In this document: positions 50,239 to 59,924 of the stretch, piece by piece
Numbering within the stretch: position 1 is the first letter of the stretch
Layout of the letters: every line of letters begins with the position of its first letter
Sequence record: NC_028448.1
Source: Escherichia phage slur14
DNA length: 64,000 nt
Strand: one strand, 5' to 3'
Program-made: the position numbers and the translations under genes
Notes under the pieces: generated by a model
The model's database searches: none
What the model saw: the letters and a program-made list of their open reading frames with translations, nothing else
Told to the model about the DNA's origin: nothing

Positions 50239-50284
50239 TATTTTATCAAAAATTTATAAAGCAATATAGGAGCCGAAGCTCCTA
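50239..50284 (-). promoter_or_regulatory. Hairpin (GGAGC-CGAA-GCUCC) followed by a MotA box (TGCTTTA) and -10-like element upstream of alpha-gt
   Basis: Same hairpin-then-middle-promoter arrangement as at 16769..16808 and 48972..49011. Confidence 0.45.
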
Positions 50285-50458
50285 TCCGCATAATACGCCA
50301 TACAGAGGCTCATTAGAACTTTTAAATTTTATGCGCTTATATGTTATAGTTCCTTCTGCTTTAGCTTTATCATGAGACTCTTTAAAGCGTCTCATCATTT
50401 CCTCTTTAGAGGAACGAATTTTATTATAATCTATTTCACAAGTCTGGGCGTTCATCTT

Positions 50459-50665
50459 TCACAGTTGCCACCATTTTTTGACTTGATAAGAATCAACCCA
50501 CACTTTCATATTAGGGTCTGCTCTTACAATAGGAGGATTAACTTCTTTAATTGAACTATCATGGTATTCTTTTTCAGAAATTTTCACGCAAAGATGACCA
50601 TTCAAAGATTCAGTAAATCCTGCATTAATTTTAAGACGCTTGAATTTTACGTGTGTAAGCATCAA
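50459..50665 (-). CDS. Hypothetical protein (68 aa)
   Basis: ORF. Confidence 0.45.
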   Translation of the reverse strand: MMLTHVKFKRLKINAGFTESLNGHLCVKISEKEYHDSSIKEVNPPIVRADPNMKVWVDSYQVKKWWQL

Positions 50666-50948
50666 TCATATCCTCAATTTGCGATCTAGTAGTCTTCCAA
50701 AGAATACTGATGAGTTCATCGTTATATGGCTGTTTTAGAATATCCCGACTTTTCTTGATAGCATATTCGTATTGAGCAAAATTATTGTTTTCAGCTGCGA
50801 TCTGAGCGTGCTTATAAAGACGATTCAGTTCGCGTTTGTTTTTAGACAATAACTTATTTGCTTTTCTTTCTGCTTCAAGACGGTTCTTTTCTTCAATAGA
50901 AGAAATAAGCTTTTCCACTTCATCATTAATTTCGGGTTTATCAGTCAT
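50631..50948 (-). CDS. Hypothetical protein (105 aa)
   Basis: ORF; charged, helical-looking. Confidence 0.5.
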   Translation of the reverse strand: MTDKPEINDEVEKLISSIEEKNRLEAERKANKLLSKNKRELNRLYKHAQIAAENNNFAQYEYAIKKSRDILKQPYNDELISILWKTTRSQIEDMIDAYTRKIQAS

Positions 50949-50949
50949 A

Positions 50950-51168
50950 TTATTTCTCTAATATAAAATAAAAATCATCATCTGTTAAATGATACCGATA
51001 GTTTAATTCTACACCATTAGATTTAAAAGCGGTATCATACGGATTTTCTGGATCAATATCAATGTCAAGAGCTAAAACTTCCCTGAGATACATTTTAAGT
51101 AAATAGGGAATAGCTTCAACTTCAGGTATTTCTTCCAAGAATCCGGAGAGGTTAATCGTTAGCCTCAT
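50950..51168 (-). CDS. Hypothetical protein (72 aa)
   Basis: ORF immediately downstream of gene 55. Confidence 0.5.
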
Positions 51169-51709
51169 ATAAAAAATCCAAACTAGGAGAATCGTCTACA
51201 ACACTTTTCTTTTCAGCCCCTGGTGTTCTATAGGTTGATTCTTCGTAATGCGTCATTTTATCGTAGATGTCTTGAATAAAAGTTTCATCTACTAACGCAA
51301 CCATATCGTCGTCACGACTGTCATAGACATTGTGAACGAAGTAACTATATTTCTTTGCAACTTCCTTACGTTCTTTTTTAATACGTTGGACGAATGCATT
51401 AAAACAAGCTTGAGTTATATACGCATGTGGGTTTTTATATTTCGTTTCATCAAAATTGTGAAGCCCCTTAATAGAAGCTTCTATACCATCTGCAATCATT
51501 TCTTGTTTCCAAGACTGGGTGTATCCTGAAAAGTTGAAACGTTTAGATAAGCCTTCTGCAATAAGCATAATGGCTAATCCGATAGTATCATTCTGACGAA
51601 CTACTTTATTTGGGTCTTTATTATTTGCTAATTCTGTTTTCCAATCAATAATAGCTTGTAAAAGCTCTTTATTGTTTACGTAATTATATTTAGGCTTAGT
51701 TTCTGACAT
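51152..51709 (-). CDS. 55: Late sigma factor gp55
   Basis: 185 aa from [23 protein letters not shown]..., matching T4 gp55 as recalled. Confidence 0.9.
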
Positions 51710-51787
51710 TTTCACCTCTTAGCTCAATTCATAGATCTATTATATCATAATATTTGAAGATCTATCTTAAAGCACAGAGGATATCAG

Positions 51788-52057
51788 TTATCTAAGTAAG
51801 CAGTATGCTTGGAACACTTTCTCCATCATCTTTTTAAATTCATGAATATCTATATAATGACTAGTTAAATCAGCATGATATAAAAAGTCTAAAAACTTTT
51901 TATGGGTATTAGAATATTTACTTCCAGTTAATTCAGAAACATGGCTTTCCCAATATCCAACACCAGTTTTATTTGGGAAAAATGAAATTTTCATGTATTG
52001 GTCAACATAGAAAATACCAAAATTTTCAATAGCAATAGAAATATTAATTAATTTCAT
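51788..52057 (-). CDS. Hypothetical protein (89 aa)
   Basis: ORF. Confidence 0.5.
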   Translation of the reverse strand: MKLINISIAIENFGIFYVDQYMKISFFPNKTGVGYWESHVSELTGSKYSNTHKKFLDFLYHADLTSHYIDIHEFKKMMEKVFQAYCLLR

Positions 52058-52599
52058 ACATTCATCAACTTAGCCGCTTCAAGAGCTGCATCTAGTGAAT
52101 CAAATTGGTCAACATATTCAATCAATTCGCCGTAATTGGCATATAACCACCATTGGCTAAATTCATACTCAAGGATGAATCCATTTCCTTCAATTTGAGT
52201 TAAACCAATGCCATTTGTATTTACTTCATATCCGGCAAGACGCAAATCGTTAATAAGAGCTTCGTTCATAATTATTACCTTAGTAATTTTCAGGTCTGCA
52301 AATTTTTTCTTGCGTTGATTTTTCATGCGACGAATAGTTTTATCGGAAATTTCATGCTTTTGATAAGCTTTAGATTCTACACCAAAAGCTTTAACATCAA
52401 ATTCTGACAAGATATATTGAACCAACAATTCACGGACAGTATTGCGTCCAATCTTCTGATCATTCTGTTTCATCATCTGATGAAGCTCTTTTTCCCATTT
52501 ATCCAAAATTTGAGGAGTTACAATATCGCCTTTTTCTAGCAAAGAAACTACTTTATCGTATGCGTAAGAATTAATGACGTTTTTAATTTGAATAGTCAT
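52054..52599 (-). CDS. Hypothetical protein (181 aa)
   Basis: ORF with ATGA overlap. Confidence 0.55.
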   Translation of the reverse strand: MTIQIKNVINSYAYDKVVSLLEKGDIVTPQILDKWEKELHQMMKQNDQKIGRNTVRELLVQYILSEFDVKAFGVESKAYQKHEISDKTIRRMKNQRKKKFADLKITKVIIMNEALINDLRLAGYEVNTNGIGLTQIEGNGFILEYEFSQWWLYANYGELIEYVDQFDSLDAALEAAKLMNV

Positions 52600-52634
52600 A
52601 CATTATCCTCAATTACGTTAAAATTTTATTATCC

Positions 52635-52651
52635 AAAAAGGGCCGAAGCCC
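52635..52651 (-). terminator. Intrinsic terminator (GGGC-UUCG-GCCC + U5)
   Basis: Hairpin followed by TTTTT on the minus strand after the 52652..52852 ORF. Confidence 0.65.
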
Positions 52652-52852
52652 TTAGCTAAACTTTTTGGCACCCTTCCAGCCTTCGTACATCATTGCGGCT
52701 GATATTAATATTGCTCCTGAGCAACTTGAATATTTGTGATTCCAAAACCAGTTCAGAAAAACTTCGTCATCAATACCTTGGGCTATCATATTTTCAAAGA
52801 ACTGACGACGAGCTTCGGCAATTCGTTGTGATAATTTAGATTCAGGATTCAT
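52652..52852 (-). CDS. Hypothetical protein (66 aa)
   Basis: ORF. Confidence 0.5.
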   Translation of the reverse strand: MNPESKLSQRIAEARRQFFENMIAQGIDDEVFLNWFWNHKYSSCSGAILISAAMMYEGWKGAKKFS

Positions 52853-52984
52853 TTAAATTTTCCAGTTACCGTTTTCATCAATAAATTTAATCCAGTCATT
52901 TACTGACCACTTGGTCGTATCGCCTTTTGGAGCAATATTTAAAGTGTATAATCCTTGTTTAAAAAGCATGCGTTTGATATTCAT
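52853..52984 (-). CDS. Hypothetical small protein (about 43 aa from an RBS-supported ATG)
   Basis: GAGGAAAAT RBS; the track ORF 52853..53068 is extended upstream. Confidence 0.45.
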   Translation of the reverse strand: MNIKRMLFKQGLYTLNIAPKGDTTKWSVNDWIKFIDENGNWKI

Positions 52985-52991
52985 ATTTTCC

Positions 52992-53285
52992 TCAGCTGTA
53001 ACGATAGCACTCGTTTGATTTACGCTTAGCAACTCGTTGAGAAGTATTGTAATCAAAATCATCGTCAATGTAAACTGATTTTTTCAACTTTCTTACTTCA
53101 CCGCGTAATTGACGATTTAGCTCATCTTTAACTTCTGAATCAATGCCTTTCATTCTACGCCATTTATCTGAGCGAAAAATGTTTTCAACCATATCTTTAT
53201 GACTTACCCCATCAGGAGCTTTACGCTTTCCGAAATAGTCATAATCACGCACTTTTAAGTCTTTACGACGATACGTTTTACCCAT
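52992..53285 (-). CDS. Hypothetical basic protein (about 97 aa from an RBS-supported ATG)
   Basis: AGGAAA RBS; the track ORF 52992..53330 is extended upstream. Confidence 0.5.
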   Translation of the reverse strand: MGKTYRRKDLKVRDYDYFGKRKAPDGVSHKDMVENIFRSDKWRRMKGIDSEVKDELNRQLRGEVRKLKKSVYIDDDFDYNTSQRVAKRKSNECYRYS

Positions 53286-53460
53286 GGAGTTTAATTTCCT
53301 TAGCAACTGAACTAAATACAGCACGATCACAAATCATGCGTTTATGTAACTTGAGTATAATATAGCAAACTTCAAAACTATTTACATGAGTAACACGAAC
53401 AGCATTACCATTAATGAGATAATACTGTCCCTTTTTAATTTCTTTATCAACCATAACCAT
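53278..53460 (-). CDS. Hypothetical protein (60 aa)
   Basis: ORF downstream of the early promoter at 53491..53519. Confidence 0.5.
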   Translation of the reverse strand: MVMVDKEIKKGQYYLINGNAVRVTHVNSFEVCYIILKLHKRMICDRAVFSSVAKEIKLHG

Positions 53461-53490
53461 ATCAATTCCTCAAAGGCAATTCATATGTTA

Positions 53491-53519
53491 ATAATACCAC
53501 AGTTTGAGCTCGTTGTAAA
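53491..53519 (-). promoter_or_regulatory. Early promoter (TTTACA-N17-TATTAT)
   Basis: GTTTACAACGAGCTCAAACTGTGGTATTAT on the minus strand. Confidence 0.6.
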
Positions 53520-53601
53520 CAACTTTGTGAAAATTATTTTAGGGAATGATAAGAAAGGAACGATAGCTTAGAATGGTAATATACAGAATGCGAGAAAGAA
53601 A

Positions 53602-53615
53602 GGCCCAGAGGGCCC
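53602..53615 (-). terminator. Hairpin GGCCC-AGAG-GGCC with a U-rich tail
   Basis: Stem-loop immediately after the nrdH stop. Confidence 0.55.
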
Positions 53616-53618
53616 GTC

Positions 53619-53927
53619 TTAGTCTTCTATGATATCTCTATCATATCCAAGTGAAATGAGAGTTTCTTTGAAGTGTTTAATGTTCTTTTGTCTGGAATCA
53701 TTGATGAAAATGACTGGATAACGAATGTTAAGAGATGTGAATCCAGCGCGTTTAGCAAGAGATACAATCAGTGGACGATCATACTCAATCTTACCATTAT
53801 TTGTAAGAACTTTATAGAAAGTAAAAGGAGCATTGAGCTCCTTTAGAAGTTTTGTAACTGATTGACATCCAGGACAACGACCAACTTCATCTGGAATTCC
53901 ATAGACTTCAATCTTATTTTGTTTCAC
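53619..53927 (-). CDS. nrdH: Glutaredoxin-like protein NrdH
   Basis: 102 aa; CPGC redox motif. Confidence 0.8.
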   Translation of the reverse strand: MKQNKIEVYGIPDEVGRCPGCQSVTKLLKELNAPFTFYKVLTNNGKIEYDRPLIVSLAKRAGFTSLNIRYPVIFINDSRQKNIKHFKETLISLGYDRDIIED

Positions 53928-53929
53928 AA

Positions 53930-54142
53930 CTATTCCTTACTAAGAGCAGCATTCAGCTTGTTAGTAATTTTATCCAGACGCTCATTGAACTCACTAGAAG
54001 ATAAGCCCTTTTCTGGAGAAATCAAACTAATCACGAAAAATATAGCAATAAAAGGAATAAGGAAAATAGCTCCAACTGCCATAAACAGAAAGAATGTTAC
54101 AGTTGTAAGAAAATCAGCTAAACCTTTACGAAATTTATACAT
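53930..54142 (-). CDS. Small membrane protein (70 aa)
   Basis: AAGGG RBS; two hydrophobic segments. Confidence 0.5.
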   Translation of the reverse strand: MYKFRKGLADFLTTVTFFLFMAVGAIFLIPFIAIFFVISLISPEKGLSSSEFNERLDKITNKLNAALSKE

Positions 54143-54257
54143 ATTTTACCCTTAATTGATTAACCAAGCATTGATAAGCACTAAACTATATTGGGAATAA
54201 AATTCTGGACCAAAATGAAAAATCATATCATTTATAGTATCCATAATGTAATTCAAT

Positions 54258-54728
54258 TTAATCATGTTTCCACACCCCATCGGTATTTGACCAAAGCCGC
54301 TGATTATCTGATCCTCGCCACAGCTTTTTAGTCGGAAGATTTTTCTCATACTTCCCATCAATAATAACATCAACATATTTAAGCATTTCTAGCTGTTTAA
54401 CATCTTCAAACTTATATCCTGTCCACAACCAAATGCTTTTATTGGGATAAAGATTTTTTACTGTTTGAACAATGCAATGAATAACATCTCGGTTATCAGG
54501 ATAGAGAGGGTCACCTCCAGTTATAGTCAATCCTTCTATATAATCATTATTCAAACATTCAATTAATTGCTCTAGTGTTTCACCAGTGAATGGAATACCA
54601 TTTCTAGCATTCCATGTTGATTTATTATAACACCCTTCACATTTATGCAAACAACCTGTAACGAAAAGAACGGTCCTGCAGCCAGGACCATTAATAAAAT
54701 CGCAAGGATAAAATCTATCATAATTCAT
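54258..54728 (-). CDS. nrdG: Anaerobic ribonucleotide reductase activating protein NrdG
   Basis: 156 aa; radical-SAM cysteine cluster (CLHKCEGC). Confidence 0.9.
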   Translation of the reverse strand: MNYDRFYPCDFINGPGCRTVLFVTGCLHKCEGCYNKSTWNARNGIPFTGETLEQLIECLNNDYIEGLTITGGDPLYPDNRDVIHCIVQTVKNLYPNKSIWLWTGYKFEDVKQLEMLKYVDVIIDGKYEKNLPTKKLWRGSDNQRLWSNTDGVWKHD

Positions 54729-56542
54729 TGGTGTTTAACCCTATGCATGATTTCTTTATTTTTGCCGAGATTAAATCCGCGTTCGTTCGGGTTTCCAAGA
54801 TAGCCGCATGTTCTTCTTATTGTGTTCATCTTTTTAGGATCAGTTTCTCCACAAATAGAACAAACAAATCCGTTTTCAGTAGGAGTCATTTCATGAGTGC
54901 TTCCACACGTAAAACATTTATCTACTGGCATGTTAACACCAAAATAATCTAAATGTTGTGCAGCATAATCCCATACAGCCTCAAGACCTTTTAGGTTATT
55001 TTTCATATCAGGAAGTTCAACATAAGAAATGTGACCACCTGTCGCAATGAAATGATATGGTGCTTCACGAGAAATCTTTTCAAACGGAGTGATATTTTCT
55101 TCTACTGAAACATGGAAACTATTAGTGTACCAACCTTTATCAGTAACATCTTTTACGCTTCCATATTTTTCAGTATCAAGTTTACAGAAGCGATAGCAAA
55201 GGTTTTCAGCAGGAGTAGAATACAAGCTAAAAGCAAAACCGGTTCTTTCGGTCCACTGTTTAAGATGAGCATTCATCTTAGTTAAAATTTCTTGTCCAAT
55301 ATCACGACCGACAAGAATATTCAATTCGTGAATACCAATGTATCCTAAGGACACTGAACTTCTACCGTTTTTAAATAACTCAATTATGTCGTCATCAGGT
55401 TTAAGACGAACCCCGAATGCACCTTCTTGGTAAAGAATAGGAGCAACAGTAGCTTTAACTCCTTTTAAGGAACTAATTCTACACATCAAAGCTTCAAAAC
55501 ACAAATCCATACGTTCATTAAATAGCTCAACAAATTTCTGTTCATTGAACTGTGTTCCAATATAAGAATCTAACGCGATGCGAGGAAGATTCAGTGTTAC
55601 AACACCAAGATTATTACGTCCATCAAGAATTTCATTACCAGTCGAATCTTTCCATACGCTCAAGAAACTACGGCATCCCATCGGAGAAACAGGAACAGAT
55701 GAACCAGTGATAGCTTTATTGTTCTTGGCTGAAATAATATCAGGATACATCCTTTTGCTTGCGCACTCTAGAGCAAGCTGCTTAATATCATAGTTCGGAT
55801 CGTCTTTGTAAAGATTAACGCCTTCTTCGACGAACATAACAAGCTTAGGGAAAATAGGAGTTATCCCATCACGACCAAGACCTTTAATACGATTTTTCAG
55901 AATTGCTTTCTGAATCATTCGTTCAGTCCAGTCAGTTCCCGTACCAAATGTAATTGTTACAAAAGGTGTTTGCCCGTTTGAACTAAAGAGAGTATTTACT
56001 TCATATTCATAAGCTTGGAATGCATCGTATACGTCTTTTTCTGTTTTAGATTGAGCATAATTCAACGCATCAGCGATTTGCCATTTTTCTGCATCCTCAA
56101 TATGTTTTGCATATGTGCGTTTAACATAAGGAGAAAGTACTTTATCTACATTCGCAAAAGTCGTTCCGCCATATTGATGGGAAGCAACCTGTGCAGTAAT
56201 TTGTGCCATAATTGCAGTAGCAACGCCAATTGATTTAGGAGTTTCAATCTGTGCATTACCAAGCTTAAATCCGTTCTCAAGCATTCCTTTTAAATCTACT
56301 AAACAGCAATTAGTAAATGGAAGAGCAGGGGAATAATCAATATCATGGAAATGAATAATTCCGCTTTCATGCGCTTTCATAATAAAAGACGGGACCATAT
56401 TTTTGGCAATGTGTTTAGACACAATACCAGCCATAAGGTCCCGTTGAGTTGGAAAAACACGAGAATCTTTATTAGCATTCTCGTTCAAAAGGTCTTTATT
56501 AGTTTTATGAATCAATCCTTCAATTTCTTTTTCAATTGTCAT
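54725..56542 (-). CDS. nrdD: Anaerobic ribonucleoside-triphosphate reductase NrdD (uninterrupted)
   Basis: 605 aa; C-terminal glycyl-radical motif (RRTCGY) and zinc ribbon; single continuous ORF. Confidence 0.95.
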   Translation of the reverse strand: MTIEKEIEGLIHKTNKDLLNENANKDSRVFPTQRDLMAGIVSKHIAKNMVPSFIMKAHESGIIHFHDIDYSPALPFTNCCLVDLKGMLENGFKLGNAQIETPKSIGVATAIMAQITAQVASHQYGGTTFANVDKVLSPYVKRTYAKHIEDAEKWQIADALNYAQSKTEKDVYDAFQAYEYEVNTLFSSNGQTPFVTITFGTGTDWTERMIQKAILKNRIKGLGRDGITPIFPKLVMFVEEGVNLYKDDPNYDIKQLALECASKRMYPDIISAKNNKAITGSSVPVSPMGCRSFLSVWKDSTGNEILDGRNNLGVVTLNLPRIALDSYIGTQFNEQKFVELFNERMDLCFEALMCRISSLKGVKATVAPILYQEGAFGVRLKPDDDIIELFKNGRSSVSLGYIGIHELNILVGRDIGQEILTKMNAHLKQWTERTGFAFSLYSTPAENLCYRFCKLDTEKYGSVKDVTDKGWYTNSFHVSVEENITPFEKISREAPYHFIATGGHISYVELPDMKNNLKGLEAVWDYAAQHLDYFGVNMPVDKCFTCGSTHEMTPTENGFVCSICGETDPKKMNTIRRTCGYLGNPNERGFNLGKNKEIMHRVKHQ

Positions 56543-57012
56543 TTTAAACTCTTTCTAAGCTGCTTCTTGAATGAAGCTATTAACTGTGTTTTTGTGTCAG
56601 ATTCATTATATTCAAATCCTCTTTGAAGCATCTCGGCCATCATTTCCTCTTTTCCTAAACGAGAAAATTCCTTTGATTTATCTCCAACAAAGTTAGGGTG
56701 AATATTATTTTGGGTGTAATCGGATTTTAAATAAGTAAGTAAATTTTCTAACCATTCAAGATAATCAACACCTTGTCCCTTTAAGCCAGAACGATTAAAT
56801 TTGTGCTTCATTTGACCTTCTGCGGCATTGCATAGATTACAAAGCAATCCACGTACCTTTCCTGCTTTTGGTCCATTTAATTCATGGTCATGATCGAGGT
56901 GATTAGCTTGAACATCAGGATTTAGTTCTCGTTGGCAAATTAAGCATTTACCATTTTGTGCATCATAAAATTTCTGTTTTTCTTCTTTATATAATTTGCC
57001 AGTCAATAACAT
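56539..57012 (-). CDS. 49: Endonuclease VII gp49
   Basis: 157 aa; MLLTGKLYKEEKQKFYDAQNGKCLICQREL... matches T4 endonuclease VII as recalled. Confidence 0.95.
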   Translation of the reverse strand: MLLTGKLYKEEKQKFYDAQNGKCLICQRELNPDVQANHLDHDHELNGPKAGKVRGLLCNLCNAAEGQMKHKFNRSGLKGQGVDYLEWLENLLTYLKSDYTQNNIHPNFVGDKSKEFSRLGKEEMMAEMLQRGFEYNESDTKTQLIASFKKQLRKSLK

Positions 57013-57053
57013 AATAAACCCTTACCTTAAATAGATAAGGGTATTTATTATTT

Positions 57054-57557
57054 TCAAGTATTGTAAAACATTTGATTCAATCGCTTATATTGCCGAATCT
57101 TTTGGTCAGAAAAAGAAATTTGAGTTTCAAGCCATTCAATATATTCTGCCGCAGCTTGCATCAGGTTACCTTCATAGCCATCGTTATTTTCTTGTGCAGC
57201 TAATTTAGCTAATGCGTATGAAATACGTTCACCTTGAAAATCGGCTTTAGGCTTCTGAACAACTTGATTAGTTCGCTCTACAACTTCTTCAATTTCGCCA
57301 TTTTCTACTGATTCAGTATTCCACAAGCACCAATACGTAATTGGCTTATCATAGATGTTAATAATCTTTCCGTCGGAAAGTTCAATTTCAATAATTCCAG
57401 TATCAGGCTCTATATCATCTTCACATTCTTTTGCAAGTTCACGAACTTTAAAGACAGTACCTGCACTAAGTTCCGGCCAGTAATTACACAGCCCTGTATC
57501 AGCACGATTAATTCTAAACCACTTATCTACTGTAATCATGTCCCATCTCCATATCAA
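57054..57557 (-). CDS. pin: Pin-like protein
   Basis: 167-aa ORF in the T4 pin position (between 49 and nrdC); identity not verified. Confidence 0.5.
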   Translation of the reverse strand: MIWRWDMITVDKWFRINRADTGLCNYWPELSAGTVFKVRELAKECEDDIEPDTGIIEIELSDGKIINIYDKPITYWCLWNTESVENGEIEEVVERTNQVVQKPKADFQGERISYALAKLAAQENNDGYEGNLMQAAAEYIEWLETQISFSDQKIRQYKRLNQMFYNT

Positions 57558-57661
57558 TTAAGTCATTTATCGTTGGTTCATTATATACTGTTTCTTCATC
57601 AGTGTAAACCGGTTCTTCCGGCTCTGGCTCTACAGTTTCCCATCTAACCGCCCACCAAGGT

Positions 57662-57871
57662 TTAACCCCGAAGCTTATTAAGTTCTTCATAATCAATCCA
57701 GGATTCTAGTCCTGATGGCAAATCAGATTCAATTTCCCAAAGAAGCTCTTCAATTTTCTGAAGACGATCTAGTTCTTCGGCTGGAATAGTAACCATTGAC
57801 GGAGTTCTTGATACACTAATATCGTAAATCATATTTACCCCAGTTTGACCATACAATCGCCATATTTCCAT
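57662..57871 (-). CDS. Hypothetical protein (69 aa)
   Basis: ORF. Confidence 0.45.
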   Translation of the reverse strand: MEIWRLYGQTGVNMIYDISVSRTPSMVTIPAEELDRLQKIEELLWEIESDLPSGLESWIDYEELNKLRG

Positions 57872-58050
57872 TTAGAAATAGACTTTTCACCGTTAGAATA
57901 ATAAACTTCGAGTTTAGCACGGTTATTTTTAATTTGAATAACTTTGGCTGTCATCAAAGTTCCATACCCGTAATAAACTGCAACCTCATCACCTACATAT
58001 ACCGCGCTTCCGCGGTAGTCATGGATATAATCAGTTCCTTCGAGAATCAT
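57835..58050 (-). CDS. Hypothetical protein (71 aa)
   Basis: ORF with ATGA overlap to nrdC. Confidence 0.5.
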   Translation of the reverse strand: MILEGTDYIHDYRGSAVYVGDEVAVYYGYGTLMTAKVIQIKNNRAKLEVYYSNGEKSISKWKYGDCMVKLG

Positions 58051-58310
58051 TTAAAGTATTCCCGCAATTTGTCAAATCCACCAATATAACTTCCATCAGG
58101 AGCAAATACCTGGGGCATTGTCAAGCCGATTTGAGTATCACGACCTAGTTTAGTCAGAAGCTCAGCGATTTTCTCATCATCAAAAACACCTTTTTCCGGC
58201 ATAATGTTGATAAATTCAAACGGTTGTTTCTTCACTGTCAAAAGACGTTTTGCATTATCGCAATACACACATTTGTGGATGTTGCTATCATAACCATATA
58301 CTTTAAACAT
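58047..58310 (-). CDS. nrdC: Thioredoxin NrdC
   Basis: 87 aa; CVYC active site. Confidence 0.9.
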   Translation of the reverse strand: MFKVYGYDSNIHKCVYCDNAKRLLTVKKQPFEFINIMPEKGVFDDEKIAELLTKLGRDTQIGLTMPQVFAPDGSYIGGFDKLREYFK

Positions 58311-58311
58311 A

Positions 58312-58554
58312 TTATTCCTTAATTCCTAGTACTTGTTTAAAAGTCTCGTCGTAATCAAGACTTTGGCCCGTTTGTTCTTTATGTTTGTATATAATATCAC
58401 TTACTTCTGATAGCATATTTTTATATGAACGAGTTAAAGCAGATTTAAGCACGCTGTATCTATCAGGAAATTTACCGTGTTCATTATAATAAGCTATTGC
58501 TAATTCACGGACTGCCTTTTCAGCAGTCTCCATATATTCTTTACGCTTGGTCAT
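58312..58554 (-). CDS. Hypothetical protein (80 aa)
   Basis: ORF. Confidence 0.5.
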
Positions 58555-58556
58555 TT

Positions 58557-58946
58557 TTAATCCAAAATATTATTAGGCATTGGTTGAACACTCGCAAGTT
58601 CTTTAAAGAACTCAGTAGAGTCAGGTAATTTAACCATTTCCGGAGCATGCTTACTAAATTTATGTTTGCAATGACGGCATTTATATTCAAGTTCCGGTTT
58701 ACGCCAGTTAATCAATTGAACTTGTTCAGTACCGCATTCAGGACAATTAGGAACGTTTTTAGAAGCCCTTTCGCGACGTTTAACCATAACCATAATAGCA
58801 TCCCAGGCTGGAGGTTTAAAATCTAAATCATCACAACCATGAATCTTTCCGCGCATTTCCAGATCGTCTTCTTCACCAGCCATAATAATTTTAATTAGAC
58901 TGGAATTACTTGAAGCTGCAATATCTTCTAATAGACGCTTTTTCAT
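58557..58946 (-). CDS. Hypothetical zinc-finger protein (129 aa; CPEC...CRHC)
   Basis: Two CxxC pairs near the C-terminus. Confidence 0.55.
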
Positions 58947-59872
58947 TTCAATACCTCAATAGCATTACGTAAACCATTTGCTTTTGCATTAAGAGCTTTT
59001 AACAATTTAGTGTGTTCGGCAATCTGAGCTTCAACTTCAACTAGTCGAGATTTGAGGTATTCACGTTCTTCGCTCAAGTTATCAATCTTTTCTACTTTAG
59101 GCTCTTTTACAACTGTCTTATATGTATTAGGGTTCTTCAGTTTAATTAAAATGCGTGAACTGTATAACATTGAACCATTATCTTCGGTTTCGTCATACAT
59201 TTCTACTACGTCCATGATTTTTAACATCATGCGGAGTTTATAAGATAACGAACGAATAGTTTTGTTGTGCTTATTAATTTCTCTAGAGTTCATGGTGCCG
59301 AGATTACGTGAGTAATAATAAGGAACCTGGATATTAATTAATACTGATGAACCACCTGGCTTGTGTGTTACTTCATCAGCAATAACCCAATCCTTAACAT
59401 GAACTGTATTTGTACGGTCATCGCCCGCGGTAAATAGTTTGCGAGCATGCTTAAAAAGCATATTCACTTGGTCATTGAATTGACAAGCAAATTTATCAGC
59501 AAATTTAGTTTCAGGAATGGTAGATAACCAATCAGCCAAATGGGTCTTTTTAACATCGTTAACAATAGTAAATTCAACCAAATCAGTTATAGATGTCTCA
59601 GATTTAATAAAGCTCGGCTTCATAAAGTTTTTAATGTTATCGCGAGCTACAGTAGAAGATAACATACGAGAACGTTTAAACCATTGAAGCAAATTGCCCA
59701 ACGAATGAGAATAAGCGTTTTGAGTATCTTTACAGATATGATTTTCCTGGCCAACATATTGAAGGAAATCACGAAGAATATTATTGATTACTGCTCTGTG
59801 TCCGATCTGATAATTACGGTGTTTAGTAATAAGACTGTCAAAATAATCAATATAATGTTTACGAGTTTTCAT
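58943..59872 (-). CDS. Hypothetical protein (309 aa) with a C-terminal coiled coil; member of a tandem array
   Basis: Heptad-like Leu/Ile periodicity over the last ~50 aa; N-terminus MKTR... like 60984..62009. Confidence 0.6.
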   Translation of the reverse strand: MKTRKHYIDYFDSLITKHRNYQIGHRAVINNILRDFLQYVGQENHICKDTQNAYSHSLGNLLQWFKRSRMLSSTVARDNIKNFMKPSFIKSETSITDLVEFTIVNDVKKTHLADWLSTIPETKFADKFACQFNDQVNMLFKHARKLFTAGDDRTNTVHVKDWVIADEVTHKPGGSSVLINIQVPYYYSRNLGTMNSREINKHNKTIRSLSYKLRMMLKIMDVVEMYDETEDNGSMLYSSRILIKLKNPNTYKTVVKEPKVEKIDNLSEEREYLKSRLVEVEAQIAEHTKLLKALNAKANGLRNAIEVLK

Positions 59873-59924
59873 GTTCTTCTCACTTGGTTAATGATTTATA
59901 CTCCGAGCCATCCTTGGCTTTAAA

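Noticed and set aside
54152-54376. Track ORF 54152..54376 overlapping the 3' end of nrdG
   Set aside because: Out of frame with the full-length NrdG, and the only non-overlapping internal start has no SD.
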